Source: a virus
Lineage: Duplodnaviria > Caudoviricetes
Virus record (IMG/VR): IMGVR_UViG_3300017780_003306
Span: 1 to 29,685 of that record
Direction: 5' to 3' (one strand)
DNA: 29,685 nucleotides
Under the pieces are notes generated by a model. That model had not been told where the DNA came from, did no database searches, and was given only the letters and a program-made list of their open reading frames with translations. Position numbers and translations under genes: made by a program. Positions 15,938 to 24,633 of this stretch are shown in pieces (within the stretch, counting starts at the first letter, position 1; each line of letters begins with the position of its first letter).

Positions 15938-16909
15938 ATGACCTCCCCGAATCTTTCGGAAATCGCAACCACGACCCTGCGTAACCGCACGGGTAAGCTG
16001 GCTGACAACGTTACCAACAACAACGCGATTCTGTCGCGTATGAACCGTCGCGGCACCATCAAGCCGGTGTCCGGTGGCCGCACCATCCTGCAAGAGCTGG
16101 AATACGCTGAGAACGTCACTTATCAGCGTTATTCGGGCTACGAAGTCCTGAACATCTCGCCCAGCGACGTGTTTACCTCGGCTGAGTTCGACTGGAAGCA
16201 AATTGCTGTCAACGTGACCATGAGCGGTCTCGAGCAACTGCAAAACTCCGGCGTTGACGCCATCATCGACCTGCTGGCCTCGCGTATCAAAAACGCGGAA
16301 AAGACCATGCAGAACGGTGTGGCTGAAGACCTCTACTCGAACGGCACGGCTTCGGGCGGCAAGCAAATCGGTGGCCTTCAGCTTCTCGTCGCTGACGACC
16401 CCACCACTGGCACTGTCGGTGGCATCAACCGCGTGAACTGGAATTTCTGGCGTAACCAAAAGTTCCAAGCGACCTCGGACGGTGGTTCGGCTGCCTCGGC
16501 TGCCAACATCACCCGCTTCATGAACACGCTGTATCGTCGTTGCTCGCGTGGCACCGACAAGCCGGACCTCATCCTGTGCGATGACAACTACTTCGCATTC
16601 TATGAGTCCTCGCTGCAAAGCATCCAGCGCGTTACCAGCCCGAACGAAGCCGACGCCGGTTACGTCTCGCTGAAGTTCAAAGGCACTGACGTGGTGTTCG
16701 ACGGTGGTTTTGGCGGGGCTTGCCCGGCCAACCATATGTATATGCTCAACACCGGCTACCTGCATTGGCGCCCTCACAAGGACCGCAACATGGTCCCGCT
16801 GGAAGAAGTCCGTTCGATCAACCAGGACGCTATGGTCAAGCCTATCGTTTGGGCTGGCAACCTGACCCTGTCCAACGCCTTCCTCCAAGGCGTCCTGTTC
16901 CAAACCTGA
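15938..16909 (+). CDS. Major capsid protein
   Basis: 323 aa, strong AGGAG RBS, strongly biased codons, LADNVTNNNAIL...SGGRTI...QIGGLQLLV; follows the scaffold. Confidence 0.9.
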   Translation: MTSPNLSEIATTTLRNRTGKLADNVTNNNAILSRMNRRGTIKPVSGGRTILQELEYAENVTYQRYSGYEVLNISPSDVFTSAEFDWKQIAVNVTMSGLEQLQNSGVDAIIDLLASRIKNAEKTMQNGVAEDLYSNGTASGGKQIGGLQLLVADDPTTGTVGGINRVNWNFWRNQKFQATSDGGSAASAANITRFMNTLYRRCSRGTDKPDLILCDDNYFAFYESSLQSIQRVTSPNEADAGYVSLKFKGTDVVFDGGFGGACPANHMYMLNTGYLHWRPHKDRNMVPLEEVRSINQDAMVKPIVWAGNLTLSNAFLQGVLFQT

Positions 16910-16933
16910 TCCCCCTAGAAAGGAGCCACTAAC

Positions 16934-17221
16934 ATGGCATCGACTGCTGCTACGGTCTTCGCGACCATTCCGACTGTGGGGATTGATCTGGACGACAAGT
17001 CCTCGACCCCGGCTTTCGCCGTCAACACGACTGTTCGTGCTAACGACGCTCGCCTTCACCTCTACGCCCGTGCTTCGGAGGCCCTGTCTTCGACTGCAAC
17101 CATCCTGATCGGCACCAACGGCTCTGCGTCGTCGGATTCCGGTTCGGCTGGCTTCACGGTCAACACCACGGGCGGTGTCGCCGCTGGCCAATATTTCTGG
17201 GCCAAGCGCACCGCTATCTAA
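16934..17221 (+). CDS. Capsid decoration/cement-like protein
   Basis: Small Ala/Ser/Thr-rich protein after the capsid gene, ending GQYFW; AAGGAG RBS. Confidence 0.7.
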   Translation: MASTAATVFATIPTVGIDLDDKSSTPAFAVNTTVRANDARLHLYARASEALSSTATILIGTNGSASSDSGSAGFTVNTTGGVAAGQYFWAKRTAI

Positions 17222-17265
17222 GCCTCTCGCCTGCCCTAGCCTCCACTGGGGTTAGGTGGTAGCCT

Positions 17266-17298
17266 AATGGCCTCGGGGTTCGTCCTCGGGGCCATTTT
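17266..17298 (+). terminator. Intrinsic terminator after the capsid/decoration genes (short U-tract)
   Basis: AATGGCCTCGGGG-TTCGT-CCTCGGGGCCATT stem ending in only four T. Confidence 0.65.
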
Positions 17299-17312
17299 GC
17301 TATGGAGGTAGC

Positions 17313-17504
17313 ATGATTAACGTTGAAGAATGTGTGCGGCTCGCCCGCGTTCGGCACCCTGTTCCTGACCATATTGCAGACGCAGCGGTAAAGGCTGGCG
17401 AGCAAGCGTTGGCAGACAATCCCGATGATGCGGCTGCGTTTCTGGATGCGGTGGTCGCCCAGTTCCGAAAGCATTACGGACTAGGGAAGGTGAAACCCGT
17501 ATGA
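17313..17504 (+). CDS. Hypothetical protein
   Basis: GGAGG RBS; ATGA overlap with the next gene. Confidence 0.7.
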   Translation: MINVEECVRLARVRHPVPDHIADAAVKAGEQALADNPDDAAAFLDAVVAQFRKHYGLGKVKPV

Positions 17505-18934
17505 TTAACGTTGTCAGCGTCCGCGTCGGAACCAAATACCCGATAGAATATGTCACCAAACTGCATGATGGCATTGCCCGGCATCTGGATGAAGAGCAGC
17601 GCCATTGGTGCCTGACTGACAGGCCGGACGAACTGCCAGAGGGCATTACGGCTATCGCGCACAATCCCGATTTGCCGGGCTGGTGGCAAAAGGTCTATTT
17701 GTTCTGCGAAGAAGATATGCCGTGGGAGTTAGGCGACGAGGTTCTGTATATGGACCTTGACGTATGCGTGACCGGAAGGCTTGAGGAACTGCCGAACGGC
17801 ATCATTCAGGACTGGCATTGGCCGACCTATAACAGCAGCGTCATGCGCTGGCAGTATGGCGACCATTCCGACATCTGGACGTGGTTTGAGCCTGAGTTTA
17901 TCGACCTGCCGTCTGATACCCTGCAAGGCTTGTTGCCTGAAGGCCAAGTGAACGGCGGGGACCAAGAATGGATCACGCAAATCAGCACATGGGACACGTT
18001 CCCCGCTGATATGTTCGTGTCATACCGGAATGCGGTATCATGGCCCCCTGAGACAGCTAAGGCCGTTATCTTTCACGGCCAGCCCAAGCCGCATGAAGTG
18101 ACCGAGGGGTGGGTGCCAGGTGTCTGGCGCGTCGGTGGCTACACGGCCATGCCAGAGCTAAGGGGCATGAACGTAACGCACGACTTCGCCTATGCCAACG
18201 TGCGGACAAACGTGCAGCGGGACTTGGCGTGGTTCTCTGGCTTTGGGGATCAGGACAAAGCTTGCGTCATTGTCGGTGGCGGTCCCTCGCTTGCGGACGG
18301 TATGCAATCAATCAAGGACCATCGCAGACGCGGCGCCAAGATTATCAGCGTCAACAATGCAATGCGGTATCTGATCAAGCATGGCCTAACCCCAGACGGT
18401 CACGTCATGTTGGATGCGCGGGAAGAAAATCTGCATATGGTCGAGGATGCGCCAATGTCCGTGCGCTACTTTCTTGCCTCGCAGGTTCATCCGTGCGTGT
18501 TTGATGCGCTTTCGGGGCACGATGTTGTGCTGTGGCACAATGCGATGGGTTCGGGTGACGAACTTATGGACATTATCAAGCCGTGGTTTGATGAGGGGCC
18601 AGACCAGAAACCCTGCGTTCTAGTGCCGGGTGGCGGCACTGTCGGCCTACGCGCTATCAATCTGGCGTGGCTGTCGGGGTATAAGAAAATACACCTTTAT
18701 GGTTTCGACAGTTCCTATGCCGAGGGTTCACACCATGCCTATTCGCAAAGCCTGAATGACGGTGAAGCGACAATGGACGTTGTGTTGGGTGACAAAACAT
18801 ACACTTGCGCCCGTTGGATGATTCGTCAGGCAATGGAGTTTCAGCAGCAGTTTTTGTATCTGCGCGACCGTGGCGTTAAGGTCATTGCACACGGAAGGGG
18901 CTTGATCCCAGACATGGCGAGATTGCTGGCGTGA
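17501..18934 (+). CDS. Two-domain glycosyltransferase-like protein: GT-A (GT8-like) domain fused to a Maf/DUF115 (MptE-like, CstII-related) domain
   Basis: N-domain: GTKY..EYV, CLTD, GWWQK, YMDLD (DxD), YNSSVM, GDQEWI, FHGQPKP. C-domain: IVGGGPSL, SVNNA, PD..VMLD, GGGTVG..AINLA...GYKKIHLYGFD. Confidence 0.82.
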   Translation: MINVVSVRVGTKYPIEYVTKLHDGIARHLDEEQRHWCLTDRPDELPEGITAIAHNPDLPGWWQKVYLFCEEDMPWELGDEVLYMDLDVCVTGRLEELPNGIIQDWHWPTYNSSVMRWQYGDHSDIWTWFEPEFIDLPSDTLQGLLPEGQVNGGDQEWITQISTWDTFPADMFVSYRNAVSWPPETAKAVIFHGQPKPHEVTEGWVPGVWRVGGYTAMPELRGMNVTHDFAYANVRTNVQRDLAWFSGFGDQDKACVIVGGGPSLADGMQSIKDHRRRGAKIISVNNAMRYLIKHGLTPDGHVMLDAREENLHMVEDAPMSVRYFLASQVHPCVFDALSGHDVVLWHNAMGSGDELMDIIKPWFDEGPDQKPCVLVPGGGTVGLRAINLAWLSGYKKIHLYGFDSSYAEGSHHAYSQSLNDGEATMDVVLGDKTYTCARWMIRQAMEFQQQFLYLRDRGVKVIAHGRGLIPDMARLLA

Positions 18935-19110
18935 ACCAATACCATGAGCGAAACGACAACGAGCGGCGCAAGGCGTGGGCTACGCTCAAATGGTATCCTG
19001 AGCGACTGACGGACGCTGACCGGGCGTTGCTGCTGCTGGAAGAGCCGGACTTTTATTTTCCGGTTGACGCTCAACGGCACCTGTATGACGAAAAAGGCTT
19101 TGCAAAGTGA
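18931..19110 (+). CDS. Hypothetical 59-aa protein (MNQYHERNDNERRKAW...KGFAK), absent from the ORF track
   Basis: GTGA overlaps at both ends exactly bridge the GT and methyltransferase genes. Confidence 0.65.
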   Translation: MNQYHERNDNERRKAWATLKWYPERLTDADRALLLLEEPDFYFPVDAQRHLYDEKGFAK

Positions 19111-19685
19111 AACAGATTGACGGTCTTTGGTGGCCCGATTTTGACGTTAAATGCCGTGCCGTTGTCATTGCTGAGTGCGCCGCCGCTATGCCCCTTGTTT
19201 TGCCGTTGGTGGCGGAAAAGCGAGTATGTGTCCAAGCTGGCGGCAATGTCGGGGTGTATCCGCTGGCGCTGTCGAAGGTGTTCGGTCAGGTCATCACGTT
19301 TGAGCCGGATGAGGACAATTTTGAATGCCTGCATAAGAACGTCACATATGACGAAGCCCTTGTGTATTTTGGGGCGCTAGGGTCGGAACCTGGCTGGTGT
19401 GCAGTTCAGCGCATCGACACGGACAACTGCGGCTCACACAAGACGCTGCCGGGATCGGCTGTCCCCGTGCAAACCATTGATAGCCTTGGCCTCGACCAGT
19501 GCGATTTGATCTGGCTGGACATCGAAGGTGCCGAGGCTGACGCCATTAAAGGCGCACTAGCGACAATTGAGAAGTTTTCGCCTATCATAGTCCTCGAAGA
19601 AAAGGGACTAGGCCCGAAAGCCGATCTGCCCGGCTATTCAAGCGTGATGCGGATTGGAAATGACACTGTGTATCGGAGGACATAG
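19107..19685 (+). CDS. FkbM-family SAM-dependent methyltransferase
   Basis: VQAGGNVGVY, TFEP, TIDSLGL..CDLIWLDIEGAE...GA..TIEKFSPIIVLE. Confidence 0.9.
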   Translation: MKQIDGLWWPDFDVKCRAVVIAECAAAMPLVLPLVAEKRVCVQAGGNVGVYPLALSKVFGQVITFEPDEDNFECLHKNVTYDEALVYFGALGSEPGWCAVQRIDTDNCGSHKTLPGSAVPVQTIDSLGLDQCDLIWLDIEGAEADAIKGALATIEKFSPIIVLEEKGLGPKADLPGYSSVMRIGNDTVYRRT

Positions 19686-20207
19686 ATGGATTATGTAGCG
19701 CCAGACGGACGGGACCGGATCATTCCGCGTTTCCATATCAAGCCGGTCCGTAATAACTTTCTGTCAGAGAAAGAGGGCCGCGAGGTCTGGGCTGACGTTG
19801 AGTATGTGGAACTCATCGTGCCGGGCGATAACAAGAATATCGTTGACGTTGCCGTGAAGGAAGAACACCGCGAACGTTGGCCGACCAAATACGCTGCGTT
19901 TAAGGCTAACATGGAAGCCCCTGAAAGCGGGACACCGCTAGAGGAATGGGCGGGCGTGGGCCGCAGTCAGGTGATTGAGCTGAACAGCGTTCATATCCGC
20001 ACCGTTGAGGCTCTGGCGGGCCTGTCTGATGCCCAACTTGCCAAATGCGTCCCGATGGGTGGTCAAGCCCTTCGTGCCAAGGCGCAGCGGTTTATTGAGC
20101 AGACCGAGGCTGAGAAGCCGCTTGCGGAACTGACGCAGCGCATTCGTGAACTTGAGGAAAAACTGGCACTGGCTTTGGAAGCCAAAATTGAGAAGGAAGT
20201 GGCATGA
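19686..20207 (+). CDS. Hypothetical phage protein with HhH-like segment
   Basis: GGAGG RBS; GTPLEEW...IRTVEALAGLSD; C-terminal coiled coil. Confidence 0.75.
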   Translation: MDYVAPDGRDRIIPRFHIKPVRNNFLSEKEGREVWADVEYVELIVPGDNKNIVDVAVKEEHRERWPTKYAAFKANMEAPESGTPLEEWAGVGRSQVIELNSVHIRTVEALAGLSDAQLAKCVPMGGQALRAKAQRFIEQTEAEKPLAELTQRIRELEEKLALALEAKIEKEVA

Positions 20208-20533
20208 GCAACCTTGAACGCGACGTAATGTATAAGCCAGGCGCTACCTTCTATAAGGAGGGCAAGTTCCTGATGTTCCGCTTTCAAGCCGATTCGTCGT
20301 CGGTTATTGGCCCGCGTGTAGCTACAGACGCTGACAAGGCGGCACATGGCGCGGAATATGATATGTATCTCAAGACGGCGTTCAATAACGCGCCGATTGA
20401 AGCGTTTGATCACGACGGGGTGGATGGTCCCGGCGGTGTAGCCCGGCCTGTCAGCGACGACCAAACGGACGTTGTGGCGGAACATGAAACCATCCCCGCC
20501 TTTAAGAAGCGCGGGCGTCCTGCAAAGGCTTAA
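20204..20533 (+). CDS. Hypothetical protein with C-terminal AT-hook-like KKRGRPAK
   Basis: ATGA overlap; motif read directly. Confidence 0.7.
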   Translation: MSNLERDVMYKPGATFYKEGKFLMFRFQADSSSVIGPRVATDADKAAHGAEYDMYLKTAFNNAPIEAFDHDGVDGPGGVARPVSDDQTDVVAEHETIPAFKKRGRPAKA

Positions 20534-20536
20534 CCA

Positions 20537-21241
20537 ATGGCTATGGATTTACTTGCGATTGTCCAAAGGGCCTGCCGCCTTTTGTCCATTCCCGTGCCTA
20601 CGGAAGTCGTCAACTCGACTGACGCGCAGGTTCAGCAGCTTTACGCACTAGCCAATGAAGAAGGCGACGAACTGTCAGGCGCCTATGATTGGCAGGTGAT
20701 GCGAAAGCAGCATCTGTTTAATACGGTGGCGAGCGCGGTGCAGGCGAGCGCAGTTCCGTCTGACTTGGACCACTTTATCGCAAACTCGTTCTTCAACAGG
20801 ACGACAATGCGTTACATTTACGGGCCTATCACCCCGCAAGAGTGGCAGGCTATCCAAGCGCAGCCCCAACTCAATCGCGTGTTTTTGGCGTTCATTGAAC
20901 GGGATAACAAGTTTTTGGTCACCCCCACGCCCGCCGCAGGGCAGGCCATTGCGTATGAATACATTACGACAAACTGGGCCAAATCGGCTGCTGGATCGGC
21001 GCAATCGTCATTCCTCGCTGACACCGACCTGACGTATCTGGATGACAAGCTGTTTCCGCTTGGCCTCCGCTGGCGCTTCCTGAAGTCCAAGGGACTGGAC
21101 TATAGTGAAGATTTTAGAACTTACCAAAGTGAACGAAACCAACGGATGGCAAGAGACGGCGGCAACGGCGTAATCGACAGCACGGGCGGTAACTATTACG
21201 GCTGGTCAACGAACATCCAAGAGGGCGGGTTCCCTGGATGA
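20537..21241 (+). CDS. Head-to-tail adaptor (P22 gp4 / T7 gp11-like)
   Basis: Size, position, and LLAIVQRAC...YDWQ...LRWRFLKSKGLDYSEDF pattern. Confidence 0.75.
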   Translation: MAMDLLAIVQRACRLLSIPVPTEVVNSTDAQVQQLYALANEEGDELSGAYDWQVMRKQHLFNTVASAVQASAVPSDLDHFIANSFFNRTTMRYIYGPITPQEWQAIQAQPQLNRVFLAFIERDNKFLVTPTPAAGQAIAYEYITTNWAKSAAGSAQSSFLADTDLTYLDDKLFPLGLRWRFLKSKGLDYSEDFRTYQSERNQRMARDGGNGVIDSTGGNYYGWSTNIQEGGFPG

Positions 21242-21432
21242 TTCTGTTCGTCACCATTTCTGACACCAAAAACCAAGAGACGCAGCGCAAGAAGATTAAC
21301 GCGCTGCTGTCGGTGTATGCGCCGGGCTATGGTTCAGCCTTGCCAGCCGCTGCGGATAGCCCAGGCGGTCGGTTGTTCTATATCGGCGCACAAGGCTATC
21401 AGAACCGTTCCGGGGCATGGGTGGCGATATGA
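21238..21432 (+). CDS. Hypothetical small virion-associated protein
   Basis: ATGA overlaps on both sides. Confidence 0.65.
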   Translation: MILFVTISDTKNQETQRKKINALLSVYAPGYGSALPAAADSPGGRLFYIGAQGYQNRSGAWVAI

Positions 21433-23123
21433 GACAAGCGGCGCAGCGATACGGTCGCCAGCCTTTACGATCGGTAACTCAACAGCGAGTGTCTATCGGA
21501 CGCGCTGTGCCTGCCCCTGTTGGTGGATGGGATGCTCAATCCCCGTTGGCTGATATGCCGCCCGAAAACGCGGTCATTCTGGACAACTTTATTCCCCGCG
21601 CTGGTTATGTCGAACTGCGTAAGGGTTATGTGCCGTGGCAAGAGGGTCTGCCACTCCCGACTGAATCGCTGATGGTTTGGCGTGGTGGCACGGCGGTTGT
21701 GCCAGATGAGATTTTCGCTGCGGCTGGCGGCTCAATCTATGACGTAAGCAACCAGAACGACGCGCCGGTTGAGGTGTTTTCCAGCACTGGCAATGCGCGT
21801 TGGCAGTGGATTAACTTTGCCAACGACGCTGGCACGTTCATGATTGCTGCGAACGGCTCCGTTGACCCGATCTACTACGATGGGTCCGTGTTTGCCTCGA
21901 CGGCTATCACCGGCACGGCTGGGGTGATTACCCTTGACCCGCGCACGTTGGTTGACGTGATGGACCACAAGGGCCGCTTGTTTTTTGTGCAAGAAAATAG
22001 CCTGCGGTGCTGGTTCCTTGAGCCGTTTGCCATTCAAGGGACGGCGAACCTTCTCGACCTTGGCCCGATTTTTGACAAAGGCGGCTCAATCCTTTGCCAA
22101 GCGACTTGGACGCTAGACGGTGGTTCTGGCGCTGATGATCTGGCGGTGTGGGTGACCACGCAGGGTCAGGTGGCCGTGTATCAGGGCCTCGACCCTTCGG
22201 ATGCAAACAACTGGGCATTGGTTGGCGTCTATGACATCGGCCTGCCCTTGTCGCGCCGGTCGCTTATCAAATACGGTTCGGACCTGGTGGTGCTTACGAC
22301 CAACGGTGTTGTTCCGCTTTCTCAGGCGCTGAAACTGGACCGCGCACAAGAGAACCTTGTGGCGCTGACGCAGAAAATCCAGAACGCTTTTCAGCAAGCA
22401 ACGACCCGTTATCGCGGCAATTTTGGATGGGAAGGGACACTGTATCCCAAGGGGACGCTGGCAATCTTTAACGTCCCGACAGCCAATCTAACGCGGTCGG
22501 AACAGTATGTGCAGAACGTCCAAACGGGCGCGTGGTGCCGGTTTACGGGCATTGATGCATTCTGCTGGGCGGTAGCCAATGACCAGATGTATTTTGGCTC
22601 GGCAGATTCTGTCTGTCTGTGGGACACGGGATACGCTGACAATACGACCGGCATTGTTGGCGATATCAAGACGGCCTTCAACTATTTTGGTTCGCGCGGC
22701 AGCCTGAAGAAATTTGAGATGCTTCAGCCGATTCTGCGTATTGCCAGCACACTTGCGCCAGCGGTCGAGGTGGTAACGGACTTCAAGGAAAGCATCCCAA
22801 CAGCGGTTCCGACGACCATTTCTGTTACAGGCGCTCAATGGGACACAGGGTTATGGAATGAGGCGCTGTGGTCACCGTCAGTCCAAACGCGCGACAGTTG
22901 GACCAGTGTAACGGGGATTGGCTATTGCGGCGCTGTGCGGATGAGGGTGGAGCCTATCCCGGTTCGATACGGTGATTTGGGTGTTACAAACAGCGACACC
23001 GATGTGGTTTCTAGCAATGGAGACGACGTTGTGGTTTACCAGGCAGCTAGAAACACAAGCGCTGCTGTCGAAATCATCGCGTTTAACCTTAAATACGAAA
23101 ACCAGACGGGCGGGCAGCTTTGA
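21429..23123 (+). CDS. Tail tube/nozzle protein (P22 gp10 / T7 gp12-like beta-propeller)
   Basis: About 564 aa, beta-rich; PAPVGGW...DN.IP....ELRKG start, HKGRLFF, TGAWC.F; follows the adaptor. Confidence 0.78.
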   Translation: MRQAAQRYGRQPLRSVTQQRVSIGRAVPAPVGGWDAQSPLADMPPENAVILDNFIPRAGYVELRKGYVPWQEGLPLPTESLMVWRGGTAVVPDEIFAAAGGSIYDVSNQNDAPVEVFSSTGNARWQWINFANDAGTFMIAANGSVDPIYYDGSVFASTAITGTAGVITLDPRTLVDVMDHKGRLFFVQENSLRCWFLEPFAIQGTANLLDLGPIFDKGGSILCQATWTLDGGSGADDLAVWVTTQGQVAVYQGLDPSDANNWALVGVYDIGLPLSRRSLIKYGSDLVVLTTNGVVPLSQALKLDRAQENLVALTQKIQNAFQQATTRYRGNFGWEGTLYPKGTLAIFNVPTANLTRSEQYVQNVQTGAWCRFTGIDAFCWAVANDQMYFGSADSVCLWDTGYADNTTGIVGDIKTAFNYFGSRGSLKKFEMLQPILRIASTLAPAVEVVTDFKESIPTAVPTTISVTGAQWDTGLWNEALWSPSVQTRDSWTSVTGIGYCGAVRMRVEPIPVRYGDLGVTNSDTDVVSSNGDDVVVYQAARNTSAAVEIIAFNLKYENQTGGQL

Positions 23124-23602
23124 GGCTAGTTTCCGGCCCGTTCTCGCCCCTAGTCGCTCAATGGGTGGCGGACCAAATTGGGCATGGACTGGACTGGGGA
23201 CCATGCGAAGCCATCGGGGTGGTCGATAAGCACGACAATCTCATCGGCGGTGTCGTTTTTAACCAATATCAGCCCCAATATCGCAACATTGAGGTTAGCT
23301 TTGCCGCTAGTCGGTCCAACTGGTTGACGCCTAACCTCGTCACGGGCATACTCAGCTACGCATTCGACCAGCTTGGGTGCAATCGGATCACCAGTCTCAC
23401 GCCGAAGAAACTGCGTAAGGCTCGCCAGTTCCTACAGAAATTCGGCTTTAAGCACGAAGGGACTGTGAGGTTCGGCTATGGTGACGATGACACAATCATA
23501 TCCGGCTTGCTGGCCTCTGAGTGGTCACAACACAGATTCAACGTGTCGCGGGAGCGTTCCCCATCTCTAAGCCTCGCCCCCCCGCCGCACCCGATCCCGT
23601 AG
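23120..23602 (+). CDS. GNAT-fold protein (position of P22 gp14 / T7 gp13)
   Basis: YAFDQLGCNRIT...FLQKFGFKHEG RimJ-like motif; TTG start overlapping the upstream TGA. Confidence 0.82.
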   Translation: MRLVSGPFSPLVAQWVADQIGHGLDWGPCEAIGVVDKHDNLIGGVVFNQYQPQYRNIEVSFAASRSNWLTPNLVTGILSYAFDQLGCNRITSLTPKKLRKARQFLQKFGFKHEGTVRFGYGDDDTIISGLLASEWSQHRFNVSRERSPSLSLAPPPHPIP

Positions 23603-24633
23603 CTCTGGCAAACGCTCAAAGCACGGCAAACACCGCGACTGCGCGTGAGCAGCAGCGGCTGAATATGGTGAATACGTCCGGCCCTCAAGGGACCGTGCGT
23701 TATATTGCTGACCCGTCTGCACCTGGTGGCTATCGTCAAGAGACGGCACTTAGCCCGCTTGAACAGCAGAACTACGAACGCTCAACTGGCGTTTACGGTA
23801 GCGCCCTCGACACGGCAGGCCAGCAAATTGGCCGCGTGAACACGGCGCTTGGGCAAGGCTTGAACACCGAAGGCCTGCCAGAACTGCAAGGCTACAACGC
23901 GCCTGACTTTGACCGCCAACGGTTTGAGGATTCGGTTTATGCCAGCCAAACCCGTAGGCTCGACCCGCAATTTCAGCGGCTTGAGAGGTCGCAAGATGCA
24001 CGTCTTGCCGCGCAGGGCCTTGGAGCGAATAGCGAGGCAACGCGAAACCTTCGAGCTGATTTTGCTAGAGATAGAGCTGACGCATACGGAGAGGCTGCAA
24101 ACCAAGCCATCCAAGCCGGTGGCGCAGAGCAATCTCGCGCTATTCAACAAGCCATTGCGGGTGGGACATTCGGTAATCAGGCGCGGACGCAGGGCCTCCA
24201 AGAGCGGGCTTACGTCCAGAACCAGCCCCTTCAGCAGCTTCAAGCTCTGCTAGGCACGGGCCAAGTCGGTATGCCGCAGGGCATCCAATACAGCCCAACC
24301 GGCATTGGTCAAACAGACGTTCTGGCGGCTAACCAAATGAGCCAGAACCAACTCAATCAAAACTATCAGGCCCGCGTGGGTCAACAGAACGCCCTGATGA
24401 GCGGTCTATTTTCTCTCGGTGGCGCCGCCATTGGCGCGTCTGACCGTCGCCTTAAGCGCGACATTAAGCGCGTTGGCACGATGGCTAACGGCTTGCCGGT
24501 TTACGAATACCGCTATGTCTGGGGCCGCAAGCGTCACATTGGCGTCATGGCGCAGGACGTTGTCAAGGCTGGCATTGATGCGGTGGTCCGTCACTGGACG
24601 GGCTTCCTCATGGTCGATTACGGGAAGCTCTAA
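23563..24633 (+). CDS. Ejection/pilot protein with C-terminal Peptidase_S74 (intramolecular chaperone) domain; start uncertain (ATC 23563 or GTG 23521)
   Basis: SKPRPPAAPDP N-terminus, Q/A/G-rich helical body, GGAAIGA-SDRRLKRDI...VYEYRY...GVMAQDV...VDY. Confidence 0.78.
   Translation: MSKPRPPAAPDPVALANAQSTANTATAREQQRLNMVNTSGPQGTVRYIADPSAPGGYRQETALSPLEQQNYERSTGVYGSALDTAGQQIGRVNTALGQGLNTEGLPELQGYNAPDFDRQRFEDSVYASQTRRLDPQFQRLERSQDARLAAQGLGANSEATRNLRADFARDRADAYGEAANQAIQAGGAEQSRAIQQAIAGGTFGNQARTQGLQERAYVQNQPLQQLQALLGTGQVGMPQGIQYSPTGIGQTDVLAANQMSQNQLNQNYQARVGQQNALMSGLFSLGGAAIGASDRRLKRDIKRVGTMANGLPVYEYRYVWGRKRHIGVMAQDVVKAGIDAVVRHWTGFLMVDYGKL

Noticed and set aside
16880-16934. Programmed frameshift or read-through extending the capsid protein
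   Set aside because: No slippery heptamer near the stop, and the next gene has its own strong RBS.
15830-17191. 453-aa antisense ORF over the capsid gene
   Set aside because: Expected shadow of strongly biased GC-rich codons; no RBS or recognisable motifs.
17501-19685. GT and methyltransferase as a DNA hypermodification or restriction-modification system
   Set aside because: No DNA methyltransferase catalytic motifs (DPPY/NPPY/PC), no base hydroxymethylase nearby, and the genes sit in the structural operon. Disfavoured rather than excluded.
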